The notes: generated from the sequence alone by a model not told the origin. 63,867 nt of DNA, filler included, from Choristocarpus tenellus KU-1152 (GCA_964200185.2; 9 parts of 9 records of this genome joined end to end with filler, not necessarily neighbours in it); one strand, 5' to 3'; counted from the first letter of the whole stretch, positions 12,956 to 27,375 are shown. Translations and numbers: made by a program.

Positions 12956-15163
12956 CTTAGTAGTCCTTAGAAGTCGCTTGTTGAACACAAGAAGGTGACT
13001 AGGACGGAAAATGTTGAGAAGGAGAATATTTGGGTGCATCACCTGTGAGGTTCATATGTGGTAACCATCAGAGAAGTGTGATAGCTATTTGAAATTCTGG
13101 CAGTATCAATGATGACATCAAAGAACCTGTCAAATAGTATGGAGGACCAAGCTGGGGCTCAGAGGGGCATGGGATGAGAACAAGCACATTGGCGAAAGTG
13201 CCACTCTGAAGACACTGTTGGGTATGACCATGGACAGGGTGCATGGTATGGTCAACAAGTTCACCAATGAAGGAGATATGGAAGGAAGATTTCCAACGCC
13301 GCAGACGTTACTGTTAGACTAGCCTACAACTCTTAACATAGTGGACCTGTCAGAGTGTCCACATCATCATGCAACATAAGAGGACCTCAAGTACTTCAGC
13401 CTTGAGCTTCCGATCTTGTGCTCAAGAGGTGTGTCTGCGGTTCTGTATTAAAGCTACCCCAGACTTTTTTGTCCATCAGTAGATCACAATGGAAACACTG
13501 GCATCATTGTTGCAGCGCTTCCAAGGTCAACAAACTTTCCAATCTGCTCATAGGTCCGACCCCAACCCCGGATCCGTATTGTGTCTGCTGCCCTGTTGGG
13601 ACGTCAAAATGCATATGGCTTCTGTCTTTGGGTTGGGCATCAGCCCAAATGCCTTTTGCCAAGCATGCGCCACGGAAAGATGCCTCCGTATTTGCCACAA
13701 CACCTTGAAGAGACTGCATCCTTCCAATACTGTAGTTCATCCTCCTCGTGCCATACAGTCAGCGGTTTGTATATACTTTGAGACAAAACATGTCGGCACA
13801 GGATGATACGTCCACTCTTATTAGAAATAAATGAAGCGACTAACGGTGACATACTGACGATGTTGAAAAGTTTCGCGCGCAAGAAATGCTCGTCACCACG
13901 AGTTGTGGTGGGTTACTTTGTGAACATACACTGATCATTAATTATCCTGTTTGCTCCTGTCTTAGACAGCCATTTCCTGACGTATGACCAAAGACTGACT
14001 CAACATACCCCTATTATGTGCAACTTTCAGACGGCACAATGATACAATACTACTCGATATTGTATCGAACAATGCATAAACGTGCATGAAACTGTTATAC
14101 TATCTTATTATGATTGTATTCGCAAACACAGCATAAGCGTAAACACAAGTTACTGCGACAGACGACAGACTCCCTTGTACCTTGAAGTTCACTTCTAACC
14201 AAACGTTGAGACAGATGACCAGAAACGAGTAATATTCTTGTGTCCGCAAGATTGGTGCGTCCAGGCGATGCTGTTTTCTTGACTTTTTACCTATCATCAG
14301 AAAGAAAATGTTCGAGATTTGTTTGTTTGTTCGTGCCAAGTCAGGTAAATCAAATACGTGTGGTTAAGATAATCATATCCCTACTTCACAATTTCAATGA
14401 AACTCTACCACTATTTATCTGTAATAAGAGTTATCCATCACGAAGGTGTGGGACAAGGAACTTCCACCACCTTTTCCTGACCCAAAGTCAGAGGAACTCC
14501 CTAAGTATCTCTCCGTAATCTATACACTATAAATTGATATGTGTTAGGACCTTTGCTGCTTTCATAATTTAGAATCTGGGATCTGAGTACCTTGAAGCCT
14601 TCTGCTATCCAGATGGCAATTGAGCCACGTCAGAACTACAGCGGAGTAATGGGAAATGGTTGTTGCACTAAAACTGTAACACTACTAGTATTGTTGTAAA
14701 ATGGTCGATTAATACTGAAGGGAATTGATATAATTTTTCTCTTCAGATTTTTTTTGACTATAGTTTCCATCGTTATGATATTCATAATCTAATACGGTGT
14801 TTCTTTGGTGAAAATATTGAAATGGAGAACGGACCATCAAGACCTTCATAATGTAGAGTTAGTAAGCATATATAGTACTACCAATAATACACAAGTTATA
14901 TAAGAGTAACAATATGTGGATAGTTTGCAAGTTCAAATTTAGTAACTTTAGATGTATACTGTATTATATATAGTATTTTAGTATTTCCCCATTACATGTA
15001 CTTAAGTTACTATTCTACTCAAATTATGAATGATAAGATACACAACCCCTGACCCAATTCCTCTGATACTTTTGTTCCACCACAGGTCTTACAGGTATCA
15101 GACCCTGTGCATAACTAGATCATTGCAACAGTGCAAGCAAGCTTAAGTGTTTGGAAGCAGAAG

Positions 15164-17192
15164 ATGAAGAAGGGTGCGGAGAAGAAGGACATGAGGAAGA
15201 AGCCGGGCGGGATGTCAGGGTTGTTGAAGGTCATGGTTCGTCAAGTTATGGGCCCTGTTGGACCCCAGACGTCTGGTGTTCACTTGGAAAGAAAAATTGA
15301 GTCGGATATCCAGGTCAGTGCTGCAAATCTAGAGGCCCCACTTGGATTCGATCTCTTATTTGATGAGCGATTCGTTCCTTAGATATCCCGTTGTATACTT
15401 TTCAAAAACTCTACAGCGACCCATAATCGACACCAGAACGCTTTCCCCTCACCCTCCCAACTTCTTACTCTGAGAAGGTGTCATCACTAGGAAACGCCCC
15501 AGACGATATTATACTGACTTTGTCCTACTGGCTTAATAGCTATGATCTGGGGGTCGCCCTCACACTGTCACGTCAATGGTTCGCTGTGGCAACATGCAAC
15601 CAAGTCTGGAGACCCCACTATGTCAGGAAGTGAGATTCTTCGAGACTCCATGGTGTAGAGTTTGGTAAAAATTCTTAAAAATTGAACTTGGACTAGTTTG
15701 CCCCTGTACATGCTTCGGCAAAGGAATATATAAGGTGGTGAGTGAATTGCATTGTACATTCATTGAGAGTATGCTCTCATTCGGCTCTGCACACCCACTC
15801 TGGCTTTGCTAAAATCGTTTCTAAGATTCGGTGACCTTCCCAACTGTGATGGCAACGATGATTCGGAGTTGAAGCACAGGTACCGTGAGAGGCTCGTGGC
15901 ACCCCTTGTTGGTGACCACGTCCAAGTCGCGTGGGTGGGAAAGTTCCGACTGGATACTTCCAATTTTTACATCGGCGTATCTTGGTGGGATGCTAAGGTG
16001 ATCCACTATAGCAGTTTCGAACTTGCATTTTCTCTTCTAGAACTGATGTTTACTGTCTTTTCCCATGACCCTGTCCTCTTCCCAGAAAAATAGGGGTATG
16101 TTCCTTTCTTGGTGTCTCCACATCGCCACCCTCTCCCACAATTTTTGTTAAAGGACCTCTTCTGCGTATGTATCTGGTTCACTAACGACTCATTCACATC
16201 GTCCCAAACAATGTTAAGGTTATCGCTATGGACAGTTCTGATGTTGAATCAATGAACCAAGAAGCCATTGGTAACTTCAGAGAGAGAGCAGTAAGGTCTC
16301 ATTTACGTTACAAAGTGCACTTCCACTCGTGGGGCAATGAGTGGGACCAATGGGTTCGACCAGAATTCATACGGTGGAGGACCAACGCCCTTGGTGTAGG
16401 CACAGGAATGGATTTAGCACCTGGTGATCGGTGAGGTTGGCCACGGGTAATGCATTGTGGAGTTTTCAGTAGACCTGTATCCAAGTTGATTCAAACCCAG
16501 TGGCGTACGAAAAATATTCGACCCCATGATATTCAAATTTGTTCCACTACTTAAGTAGTATAACACTACATCCGCTTAACCGAAGGTGAGAATCCGAACC
16601 AAATTAACACCACTCTAAACGAGTGTGTAGACAGCTTTTGTAAATACATCACACTTGGTGACTAAAGTCTACAAACTTGGGGTAGGAAAATGTTGATTCA
16701 TAGAACTTCCACAAGACAAATGGGTATGCCATGTGGTGATACTTGCAATCCTTGTAGATCATCACGAACTCGGTAGGATTTGTCAATGGTTGCAATCCGC
16801 CAAGTACTTTATTGTGTTGCCTATAAAGTGATGGTGAGTATGCGGTCCTTGTGTGTTCCCTGCCAATTGAACAACTCCCCAACGTGTATAGCATCTAGTA
16901 TGATATTTTCCTCCGATATACATGTTTGAGGCTATATGCAAAAACATTGGCCTTTGGTGGAAATATATGTCCTGGGTTTCGTAGACTGCTGCCATCAAAT
17001 ATGAATTGAAGTCCCACACTTCAAAACATTGAGCGCATTCTGATTTAGCTTTAACCAAAATAGTAGTGCTTGCTCTGGTAGAGTTTCAGTCGTTGCGCTT
17101 GTTTACTTTTGCCGTCAAAGACATACCTTCGACAGCTCTGTACATCGAAATATGGTACCTGTCCTTGCTAAACAAATTTAGATAAGTACCAG

Positions 17193-17237
<45 letters not shown>

Positions 17238-18466
17238 CTCGCTCTCCCAAACAACTCATTTCCACCCTTCGAACCACCAAAAATGGAGTACTCTGGAAGA
17301 ACTTTGTCTGTCTGGATTGAAGATTTCCCTTAAAGTGAAGTTAAGGGCTTATTTTGAGGTGTTCACAATCAGATTTGGATATAAGGATACGTACTATGTC
17401 TGAAACCCGCCATGAATGTACATGATAAATCCCTTAAGCAACACTAATCTCTACCTTTCCTTGCCACAACATGCACAACTCTGTTCCAGTAGTGGCTGCT
17501 TCCCAAACAGGACAGAATTCCCGCCAAGCTCTCCCTTCCAGTACTAATTGGCGGTCGTACACTACCACAATAATGTTGCGGTTTTAGTACATCAGTTTGC
17601 CGAACCTCCTTGATGTCCGTGCTCCTAAATAAGCACTTATGTCCACAAATGTCGCCGTTCTTACTTTCTCATCGAGAAATCCTCATCTGGCATAATCCTG
17701 TGCCCCCACTAGGTGGCATTTGTTCCAAACCTGGAATCGTTGGAATTGTTGCCCCCTTGACCACTATCCCCTCTCTCTTGACTGTCCTTTCTACTCGCAG
17801 AGCTGAGTTCTACTGCTGTGGGGAGCTCGTGGGGGGATCGTGGCTCGAGGCAAAGGTTGTCAAGGTGAACATATCAGTTTAAGGCCAGTTTCTTACTGTA
17901 ACTCTTGTTCTTCAAAGTAGTGATAATACCCCACTTGTCATTAGCGCTAACAATTTCCACACTCAGTGTCACATTTCTTCAACCTGCATGGCCATAACAA
18001 GACCTTATCTGCACATACATATATGGCTCTGGTGCATCTGCGACAGTGCTACTATTATCAATACAATTCAATCCTAAAGACATGGACCACAGCAGGTGTC
18101 GGAGACAGCGATTTGTCTGTCCCAGGTAGTGCTTACCTCAAAACGCGTTTGGGTGTCCAAGAACATGGTCCGCAGCAGGTCTGCTAGTCCCAAGACCATC
18201 GCCGCCCTAGCAAGATCAGTTCAACAATGCTACACCAGAGGTAGGTGTATTGTACTTTGGGCAGTAGTCCTGATACCTTATTGCTGCAGAGATCTTGCAT
18301 CTGGAAAAAGGGGCATGATCCATGTCAATATTCAAGTTTTGTGGGTAACCTTTGGCAAGGTGGAATTACTTTTGGTCTTGCAAGACAACAATTAACTGAC
18401 TGAATCTAAAAGCGTCTTGCAGATGTAGTTGATGCTGCCTCTACCATGAGCGCAAGTCAGAAATGA
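15164..18466 (+). CDS. F-box protein with tandem Tudor/Agenet (chromo-barrel)-like domains; exons ..-15313, 15478-15629, 15826-15997, 16219-16430, 17801-17864, 18096-18240, probably 18423-; 5' end uncertain
   Basis: Phase-consistent GT-AG exons. F-box-like NAPDDIILTLSYWLNSYDLGVALTLSRQWFAVATCNQVWRPHYVRKFG, then VGDHVQVAW...WWDAKVI...YKVHFHSWGNEWDQWVRPEFIRW (Tudor-knot-like), then a second PGDRAEFYC...WLEAKVVKV...VWVSKNMVRS repeat. Confidence 0.8.
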
Positions 18467-18722
18467 GCCAAAGTATCTTAGAGGGTAGAGCCGCGTCCAT
18501 TTGGGGGCCAAAATTCAATGTTGCGATTTCGATGTAATTTAGGCTATCGTGTTTGTTGGGAAGTGTCAATATCCTTGTTCTGGACACACCTTTTCATCTC
18601 GAATACATTTTACCTACTCCGACATATTTTAGAGTAGGAAAATGCCATAAAAACCCCAAGGGAAGCCAAGCCCCAAACGTATAAACAGGGCAAAACTCGT
18701 ACCCTCTAAGATACTTTCACTC
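18465..18722 (+). mobile_element. MITE family A
   Basis: TIR GAGCCAAAGTATCTTAGAGGGTA/TACCCTCTAAGATACTTTCACTC; TSD AAT/AAT. Confidence 0.92.
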
Positions 18723-21700
18723 AATACTTCAATACAATGTGTCAACATCAGCGTTAAATGTGCATGTAGAAATGGAAAGGGGGGATGTTTGTGGGTTTTT
18801 TGTAACGTCTGAGTTGCAAGTAGGGATGATTTGTAAGTTATTGGTGAGAGCAGTGCACACTACAAAATTGTCTTTGTGTATGGGTGCAAGTCCTCTTGTC
18901 GAAAACATCACTCATTGCACACAGTGAAGGACTTCCTTCCGGGAACTGTGGGTGGATATTTTTATAACTGGGTAAATTTTCCATTCCAGGAGGCCTTGGC
19001 TATATATGCACTCCTGTAAGCCTGTATTTCCTCCCTTCATGTCACCATTCAACAAATGCAGTTTGAATCCTCGCGCACAGGCATGCAGTGTATCGCCAAA
19101 TTGGGTCAGAACTGAAGAGGAAATCAATATATAAATATAGGTAATTTCAGAAAGTTTTTCGGCACTTACAGTGCACCATTAAGCTGTTGTAGCTATGGTA
19201 TCATCATCTGGTACTTACTCAATTGCCTATGAACTCCCTGCTATGCTGCATTGTCATAACCATGCCTTGCCCAACATTGAGATCCTTTCTGAATTTATCT
19301 ACTTTTGCTTCACTTTGTGCTGAAGGTGGGAAGGATAGTTTGAGGAGAGAGCAGGGATGCTGCCTGCAAACCAAGCGGGGTTGTTGTGTGATGTGACATA
19401 ATGAGGGGGAGTGAATGAGTGATTGTTGCACTGAAAGTATATATATATATATTTGCACCTATGATCGTGGACATAGGTGGTGCTGTCAGGATCGAACAAA
19501 TTTCTTTTGGCTATGGGTCGCGAGAATATTCGGTGCTAAATGCGGTAGCATGCGTCCTATTGATGACTAAGGCCATTAGAGGCAATGAGGTTGGAAGTAA
19601 TGGCCTCTGTTTTTTATCAGAAGGTAAAACAGATGGCGATAGTGACCAGGAGTAGTCAAGTTGATTTGATAGAGACTTCGGAAACTTCTTTGCAAAAACA
19701 TGGGCTAGCATGATCGACCTCACAAGATTAAAAAGCGTAGATTATTTATGTTATGAGAGAGAACTTAGATATCAAGATAATCTGAGATCAGGGACGTAAT
19801 TAGGCAATAATTGTGAAAGGTGTAATAAGTCGGAAGTGTTTGGATAGTGGAGGATAGAGCTGTGTTGGGGCTTAGGCGGGTGGAAGGGTGAGTGTGAAAG
19901 TGATTGAGGGGACAAGTGGATTGCAAGAACTAGAACTATGATTGAAGGGAGGGTGGTGGGGGCTCCAGGGACAAGGTGCAATGATCTTCAGATATGTACT
20001 TTTGAGAAGTGATACAGGTCTTCATATGTGCATGTGCTGACCAACAGGTTGTGATTGGCTGGGATGCTATGCATGATATCGTAATGGTGCTGCTAGTGGA
20101 AACGGAAGTATATGATCTTGATGGTGTCTATTTCGGTATATCTTTTCTATGCGTACCTATGTGTTTACTTCTTGCCCCTCCATATACAAGGCCTTTGATT
20201 TATTTTGATAACTGATTTGGGCGGTGTATATTCCTACGTACTTTGGACAGTTAATTTTTTCTTGGGGTTTGTCTTTGGTTCCAATTTGTGTCAAGATTAT
20301 TTGTTGTGTTGCTTGCCTCTTGTTGGAGAGATGAATATTTGCGAGAAGGTCTCTTGTTTGTAGGTGGGCAAAGAGGGTGAGAAGGTTGACCTTGCTCAAT
20401 CCTTTCCTCTCCTGTTGCGGATGTTGAGCTCATTGGGAACTTGGAAGCAGCTTCCTATGCCGATTCGTTCTAGGAATTGCATCAAGTGGCCAATGTGTTG
20501 CAGGAAACAATGTTTGCAGAAGTTTTCCTTTGTTTATTTTATGGTGCATCTGTACATACACCAACCAGTACAAGCACTGGTGCTCCCATACATCTACCTT
20601 CCTACTGGTGTAAAGGTCCCTAGCTATATCTCAAGTGGGAGGGAAGCACAGGTTAGTCGTATGGTTGATTAGGTGCTGGCAGTTTGGGTTCGTTCATCCA
20701 TGTTCCCATAAGAAACCCCAGTGTTTTGTTGTTTAGGTGGTGATGATAAGGGTGCCCTTTGATTCAGAAATATTTCGTGTGCCTTACCTTTCGTTTTGAT
20801 TTTCTCGCTTTTGGTATAGCAGATAGTGTAACCTCTCATTTTTTTCATGGTTTGAAGTACTAGCTTTTAGGGTTAGGGTACAATATGGAGATGCTTAAGA
20901 CCATCATCACTACGTGAACCTGGGTGTATATATTTGTAAACGGGATAGAAAGGAAAGAGATAACTTAGGTAGTTGTAGTGAAACTTCTGAAATGTAGGAG
21001 ACTGAATCCTACATTTTGTCCTTCCCTGATGGCGTGGTATGATGCCATATTATTAATGAAAACAAATAATGAAAAAAGTGACCACTACTTTGCTTGACGA
21101 AATGGGCAAGCATGGTAGGCCGGCAGTGCCTCCTGTGCTCAATTTGAGTTCTGAACCTCACATTTTTCTTGTGCTCACACACAGCTTGCAGGTGTGTGGT
21201 ACCTCCATAATTTAGGAGATATGTTTGCATATTGTTCTGAGCTCATATTTCTTCACTGGATTAGTGATGATTAGTCCAGTTTGCTTGCTGCTCAGATTAA
21301 GACCTGTAGCACAGGTAATGCTTTTCATATACTATCCATAGGTGTATGTTCAATCGATCTCATTACAAGGAACACAAGTTATCATCAAGTTGCATACTAG
21401 AGGTTAGGCATGTGTTGTTCATTCATTTTTTGCCACAACTTGAGCTCAACTCAGGGTGTGTGCAAAAGTATATGTTGTCGAGGGTTCACCACCACTGCAC
21501 GTTTGGTTTTTCTTGAAAACACACCCTCTACTTGTGATCTCCTAGCCACCCTTTTGGGTTGGTATCATCAGGCTAAAAGTATCTGGGAGGGGNNNNNNNN
21601 NNNNNNNNNNNNNNNNNNNNNNNNNNNNNNNNNNNNTTAATTAATTAANNNNNNNNNNNNNNNNNNNNNNNNNNNNNNNNNNNNNNNNNNNNTTTTTTTC

Positions 21701-21859
21701 CTCCTTTCCTTTCCCCCTCCCCCCCCCCCCCCCCCCCCCCCCCCCCTCAACTTGAAGTTTTATTATTTCTCATGTGCTGTGAAGTGGTATTTGAGTTTTT
21801 TTCAAAAGTTAACATGATGAGAAAATATGCATGTTTTGTTTTTAACCATGGAACGGGCA

Positions 21860-23600
21860 GGAAGCTTGGGGAAAGGATGGGCGGGGTGAAAAAGATATTG
21901 GAGTGGCTGTCGTGCTTGATCCTGATGGAAAGATAGCCACACTGGAAGGGGTATCACTCACTGGGTATGGGGTCAGCAAGCCGCTGATGCTTGGGGGTTC
22001 GGTGAGACCCAATTTGATGTGACAAGAAAGTGCTCCATTATATGTATTGAATGGGGGAGGGGTGGGGATTGAATGCACATGATTGTAGGTGCTTCTTGTT
22101 GTGTAGGATGATGATGCTACTGTTTAACTATGGGGCTGAGTTCTGCTTGTTTTGCAAGAGGGATAGGGCTAGGGTGTCTGAGCTGTGTTCGTTCCATGCC
22201 TTGGCTGCTGTATCAGTCTGTGACATATTTGGCCTATCTGTGCATGTATTTGGATATATGTTACCAAGGTGTATTTTTCTGTATTTCTGTGTGGGTATAG
22301 AATTGTTAACTGTGCATTGTCGGTTATGTTCTGATAGGCAGTTATTGCCTGCTTTTGACCACTTCTTTGCCAGTTGCATTTATCATTGTCCAATGCTGCA
22401 TTATTCAAATATTCAACTACATGCTATCCTTTGCACTCCAGAGCCCACAAGGGTCAAGGCTCCCGCTGCACTAGAGTTTAGAATACTTCATAAATCAAAC
22501 ACTAGTACGGTGCCCTGGGTCATGACCCCTCAACCCCACCTCTCCCTCCAGGCCTTTGACACTGTCCATGAGAAGTTGATCTTAGCTCTGTTCCCCTTTG
22601 GTATTTCGTTGAACATTCTGCTGTACCTGTGCCTACATGAGTAAAATCCTTGATATGGACTAAATCCATAACATCCTTGACTGTGCTATCTATTGGCATA
22701 CTGTTTATCGCAGATGGAACGCACAGAGGCCCTTATAGAAGTACAACCAAACCGAGTCCTACAGGAGCAGGGACAGGATGCCCTTGGTCCAGATGAGATC
22801 GACCAGCTGAGCCGCATTGACTCCATGCTTGATTTGAAGGAGGCAAAGGCGGGGAGAGGAGACAAGGTGTTCTGATTGAAGTGTCCAGCTCAGACAAAAT
22901 GACAGCTGAACTGCCTTTCATCTTGCACTGCTGCCAAGTAGACTACTTGACCATAAAGCTTTGAGGTTGGCTGGGGGACTGCTCAGCACTCTGCTTCCCC
23001 TCCAATTAGCAGATATCGGATTAGGGGGTGAAATACAGCGGCCGTTTTTTCCCCTGGTGCATGTGCGCTAAGGGCCGATGAGTTGGGAAGGGAGTGTTAC
23101 CATGTTTTGATATAGTTGAGTCACCTCTGTTGGCATATTTTGATATTCGGTTGATGGTTCCTATTGTTTGTTGAGGGTGTTCAATCTCTGGTTATTGAGC
23201 ATGTTCCGTAAGGTTGTAGTCCTCGATCCCTCCTACGCTATCACATAAGTGTCTCGTTTGAATGCTGAATGCCATGCACTCTGTATATCGCCAGATCTTT
23301 TTCCTTGACCCTTCTCTCGTCACTTGGCTGGCATTTTCATGCAAATACTTCAAGACGACATGCAGTGAGCTGTGTGGTGATGATACTGGCTGTTATGTTG
23401 TAATTCGAATTAGCTCTGGGTCGTCTATCTGCATGCTGTACATTTAAGATGGACTGTCCTGAGTGGTGACAGCTAACAGAGTTGCAGGGTGTACATACTT
23501 TCAGTATATGTATATTTCCCTCTCTTGTCTTTCAGGCAGGACTGACTATAGCCTTGGCCACCTTGGAGAAGGTGGCTGCATCATGAGAGGATTAAGAGGA
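21860..23600 (+). CDS. Probable exons of an unidentified gene (e.g. 22714-22866 MERTEALIEVQPNRVLQEQGQDALGPDEIDQLSRIDSMLDLKEAKAGRGDK)
   Basis: AG/GT-bounded open segments with coding-like composition; no family recognised. Confidence 0.35.
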
Positions 23601-24769
23601 TAGCGGTACCAGCTGTGCCCATGTATACTCACCACATCTTCAAAATATATTGCAGCATGTTGCAACAGCATCAGGGCAGGCAATTTCACAAGTTTTATTA
23701 TTGTGTGCCCTTGTGCACTCGCTCCTCAATCCGCCCACCCTACGTAGGTTCAAGTTTTCTGCCAAAGCCGCCTTGTTATGGGGCCGGCAACTTCGACTAG
23801 GTCTTCCACCTTCAGTATCATTTCAGTCCCTACGAAGTTAGCCTTGGAATCATCACCATCAGCGAATCACCGTTGTTGCACCTGACTGGTGCACTACTTT
23901 CACTGCACCAAATTTTAATTATATACTCAATATATATTAGACTGTATACAGGGTGAAACTACATCTTGCTTGAGTGACTGGTGCGTGTGTATGATACCAA
24001 GTATATTTGTATGAGAACATGTTGTCCAAGTTCCTCCAATCGATGGAGTGACGACGAGGACAAATTGTATGGATCATGGGATGCATCACTGTACGTGCTA
24101 AGTGGGATGACAAGTCAATCAAGACCTAGTTGAAGTTGCCGAGGCACAGTGTCACAGATTACACACAGACACAAATATATCTATGGTATGCAGTACTCAG
24201 TGAGAAAGGTTCCCTCCCATGTCGGATGGAGCTGGGAAATTGACAAGGTGGTATCCATCGGGTTGGCATTGTAGGTCGAATTTCATTTGATCGAGTAAAT
24301 GTCAGAAGTACATTGTCTATTCTGTCATTCTTCAAAGCATATTATATTGTTCGAATTGTGATGGGAGGTGATGAGAACCACCAGAGATGAGACTGCGGCA
24401 CGCTGGGCATATGTTGACAGCGTCAGAGTCCCATGCGGACCAATCTCCATTGTGATTGATTGTGAGGAGTCAGATAGAATAGAAAACACTATCTCGGGCA
24501 TTGCTGGTTTGAATCCGCCTTTCATGTCGAGGTTATCGCGAGTCGGTCGTCCGTCTAACCCACACCACATTACTTGGGTTGACCTCAATAACAAGGTGGC
24601 ATGCACAAATATGTATGACAGCGCACATCATCCTCATCAGTCTCTGGAGATCCAAAAAAGGGGAAGTGTCCCTGTCATAGAATACTTCGAAGTACAATGT
24701 AACTGTACAATAAGATGTACTGGTTATCCATGATTGGCTAGTGACCTGGGTCATGTTGAGTAAGCGATT

Positions 24770-25597
24770 GTCATGTTCTCGACCATGTTAGAACATTTTA
24801 GCTACGGCTGGTCAGTGGACATTTTTTTACGCTCAAGCCGGCCACGTCATGCCATGCCTCCTATTTATATTTTACCGTTGATTAATATTGGGTCCTAAAT
24901 TTTAAATTCCTACAGTGTGAGAACCATCTTCCAAAGAAGGGATACCCTGAAAGTAACCTATCTTGAATTTGATATTCGTATGACATTTGTTTTTGTATGT
25001 TGAAGGTAGCATCTGCTTGAAGTAAAGAGCGGGTAGTTTGAGGGGACCTTACAAAACCCCCTCATTCACTTTCCACTTTTTAACCCCTTCTTTCCCGAGT
25101 GATCTTTTGAGGGATTGCCCTCCCTCTTGGCTTGTCTCTCTCTTTTTCCATGCCTCCTGTGGGTCTTCCTGCTCCCTGCTCCCCTTCATTTCGAAGAACC
25201 TACTAAATATATTATATATAGTTACATTTGTATAATATTCTACATAGTCTTATTTGGACTATTAGAATTGTAAATTTAATAGAATACATTGTTGGGTGTC
25301 TGAGGTGATCTGTGATCTATGTGTGATTTTCTCACATTCAAAGTTGTGCAACACACATAGAGCATGGTCTGGACATTCCAGAAGAAAATTGAACTGATGG
25401 GCAATCATGGTCTGGAGATGCAAGGAAAAAGTTAGACCAGCTAGCCAATGGACATGGACCAGTACAATACCTACTGGACATGGACATGGACATGGACCGA
25501 TTTAATACCTAGTGGACATGGACTGGAACATGATCAATTGTGGGACCGGTCCTGTAGTTAGGACATATTTAATTTGCTGGCCCAGTGAAAAGATCTG
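24770..25597 (+). mobile_element. Non-autonomous hAT-like family D, degenerate copy
   Basis: Shares CCATGTTAGAACATTT and the GGACATGG/GGGACCGGTCC repeats with 25847-26520 and 60272-61224; ends GCTGGCCCAGTGAAAAGATCTG. Confidence 0.55.
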
Positions 25598-25846
25598 GAT
25601 ATTTATGTTTCATTTCCAAGATGACGGAAGCAATGCCGATAAATTCTCGAAGACCATACAATGGCCCAGTACAGATGGTTTTTGGAGTTTATCTGTCAGA
25701 CGACTCAGGCTCATGGGGTAGAAACATAGGTCAAATCTAGAGAAGTACACACAGGTTGGTCCTACCTGAGAGGGCACATATTATTCAATAGATCTTACGA
25801 ATATTTCAAACGGGGACGCAACGAATTTATTTGGGTCCGTTTTTTT

Positions 25847-26520
25847 CAGGACTTTTCACCAGACTGGGCAGTTAGCATTTCAACTGTCGGTCATATGGTC
25901 ACGGGGCGGTCCACGGCATGGCAATGCTGAAACGGTCCATGGCCATGGACTCGGCCATGTTCGAACTTTTATCTATGGCTAATCAGGTATACACAAATAA
26001 ATGTTGGGTGCCTAACGTGATTTGTGATCTGTGTGCGCATCAACTTAGCCTTCAATATGTTGCATACATTTTAAATGTTTGTTCGCATGGAAAGGCTAAA
26101 CGAAATTGACAGATGGATTTGTAGAACACGTAGTGGATATGCTCCGGACATGCCAGAAAAAATTTAACTGGTCAGCGACCATGGTCCTGACGTATGGAAA
26201 GGAAAAAGGTAGAGTGGTCAGCTGGTGGACATTGACTGGTACAATATCCAGTGGACATGGTCTGGACATGTCAGAAAATGTTTTATCCAGTCGGACTGGT
26301 GGACATGAACCGATTCGATATACCTAATGAACAAGGACCAAAACGTGTTAAATAATTGTGGGACCGGTCTGACCAACGGACATGGATCAGTTTGATACCT
26401 AGTGAACATGGACCGGTATGATACCTAGTGGACATAGACTGGGACATGTCAAACAATTGAAGGACCGGTCCAACCAGTGGACGGGACGTTTTTTATTTGC
26501 TGACCAGGTGAAAATTCCTT
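25847..26520 (+). mobile_element. Non-autonomous hAT-like family D
   Basis: TIR CAGGACTTTTCACC...GGTGAAAATTCCTT with internal GGACATGG repeats; poly-T on both flanks. Confidence 0.65.
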
Positions 26521-27118
26521 TTTTTTCTGGTTTTCCAAACACCTTGGTTGACAAGTGTTGTACCAAGTGACAGTAAGAGACGATCGTAAGAAAAGTGAAC
26601 AAAAAACCATCCATGTCAGGTTCAGTGGCTCCACCTTCCTTACAGGGTTTGAGTCAGGCCACATGGCTCAAAGTATCTGGGGGGGAGTGGCGGTTGTCAA
26701 TTTGNNNNNNNNNNNNNNNNNNNNNNNNNNNNNNNNNNNNNNNNNNNNTTAATTAATTAANNNNNNNNNNNNNNNNNNNNNNNNNNNNNNNNNNNNNNNN
26801 NNNNAATGGGCAGCAGCCACCCCCCTCCAGATATTTTGAGCCACTTCAAGCAACCCCTCTGTTGTTTTTGGTTACTATTTGTCTTGTTCCATTGTAATAG
26901 CATGCCCTGCTTTCAACAAACCGTTACTGTCTATGTGTAAGAGGCATGTATCTAGATTGTTCTGGAATAAACTTAGCATGGACTTGCCTATTCTCTTGAG
27001 TAATATTCTGAGCTGAATGTGCAATCTCGCTTTGTGGTGACCATATACTTATTGGATGAGCTCTCTTCCTCTCTCACCATGATTTCCTTGCGTTCTGCAA
27101 CTGCATTTAAGTTATGTA

Positions 27119-27375
27119 GAGTGAAAGTATCTTAGAGGGTACGAGTTTTGCCCTGTTATCTATTTGGGACTTAGCCTCCCTCACGGTTTTTATGACATTT
27201 TCCTACTCCAAAATATTTCGGAGTAGGTTAAACGTATACGTTATGGAAAGGTGTGTCTGGAATAAGGATATTGACACTTCCTAGCAAAAATGATAGTCAA
27301 AATTACATCAGAATCGCAACATTGGATTTTGGACCCCAAATGGACACGGCTTTACCCTCCAAGATACTTTGGCTC
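27119..27375 (-). mobile_element. MITE family A
   Basis: Full TIRs; 4-bp TSD TGTA/TGTA. Confidence 0.9.

Noticed and set aside
19476-19545. GAVRIEQISFGYGSREYSVLN resembling the start of an ABC nucleotide-binding domain
   Set aside because: No Walker A or signature exon found downstream in the contig.
22051-22644. 197-aa ORF
   Set aside because: Cys/Leu/Phe-rich composition typical of TG-rich intron sequence; no domain.
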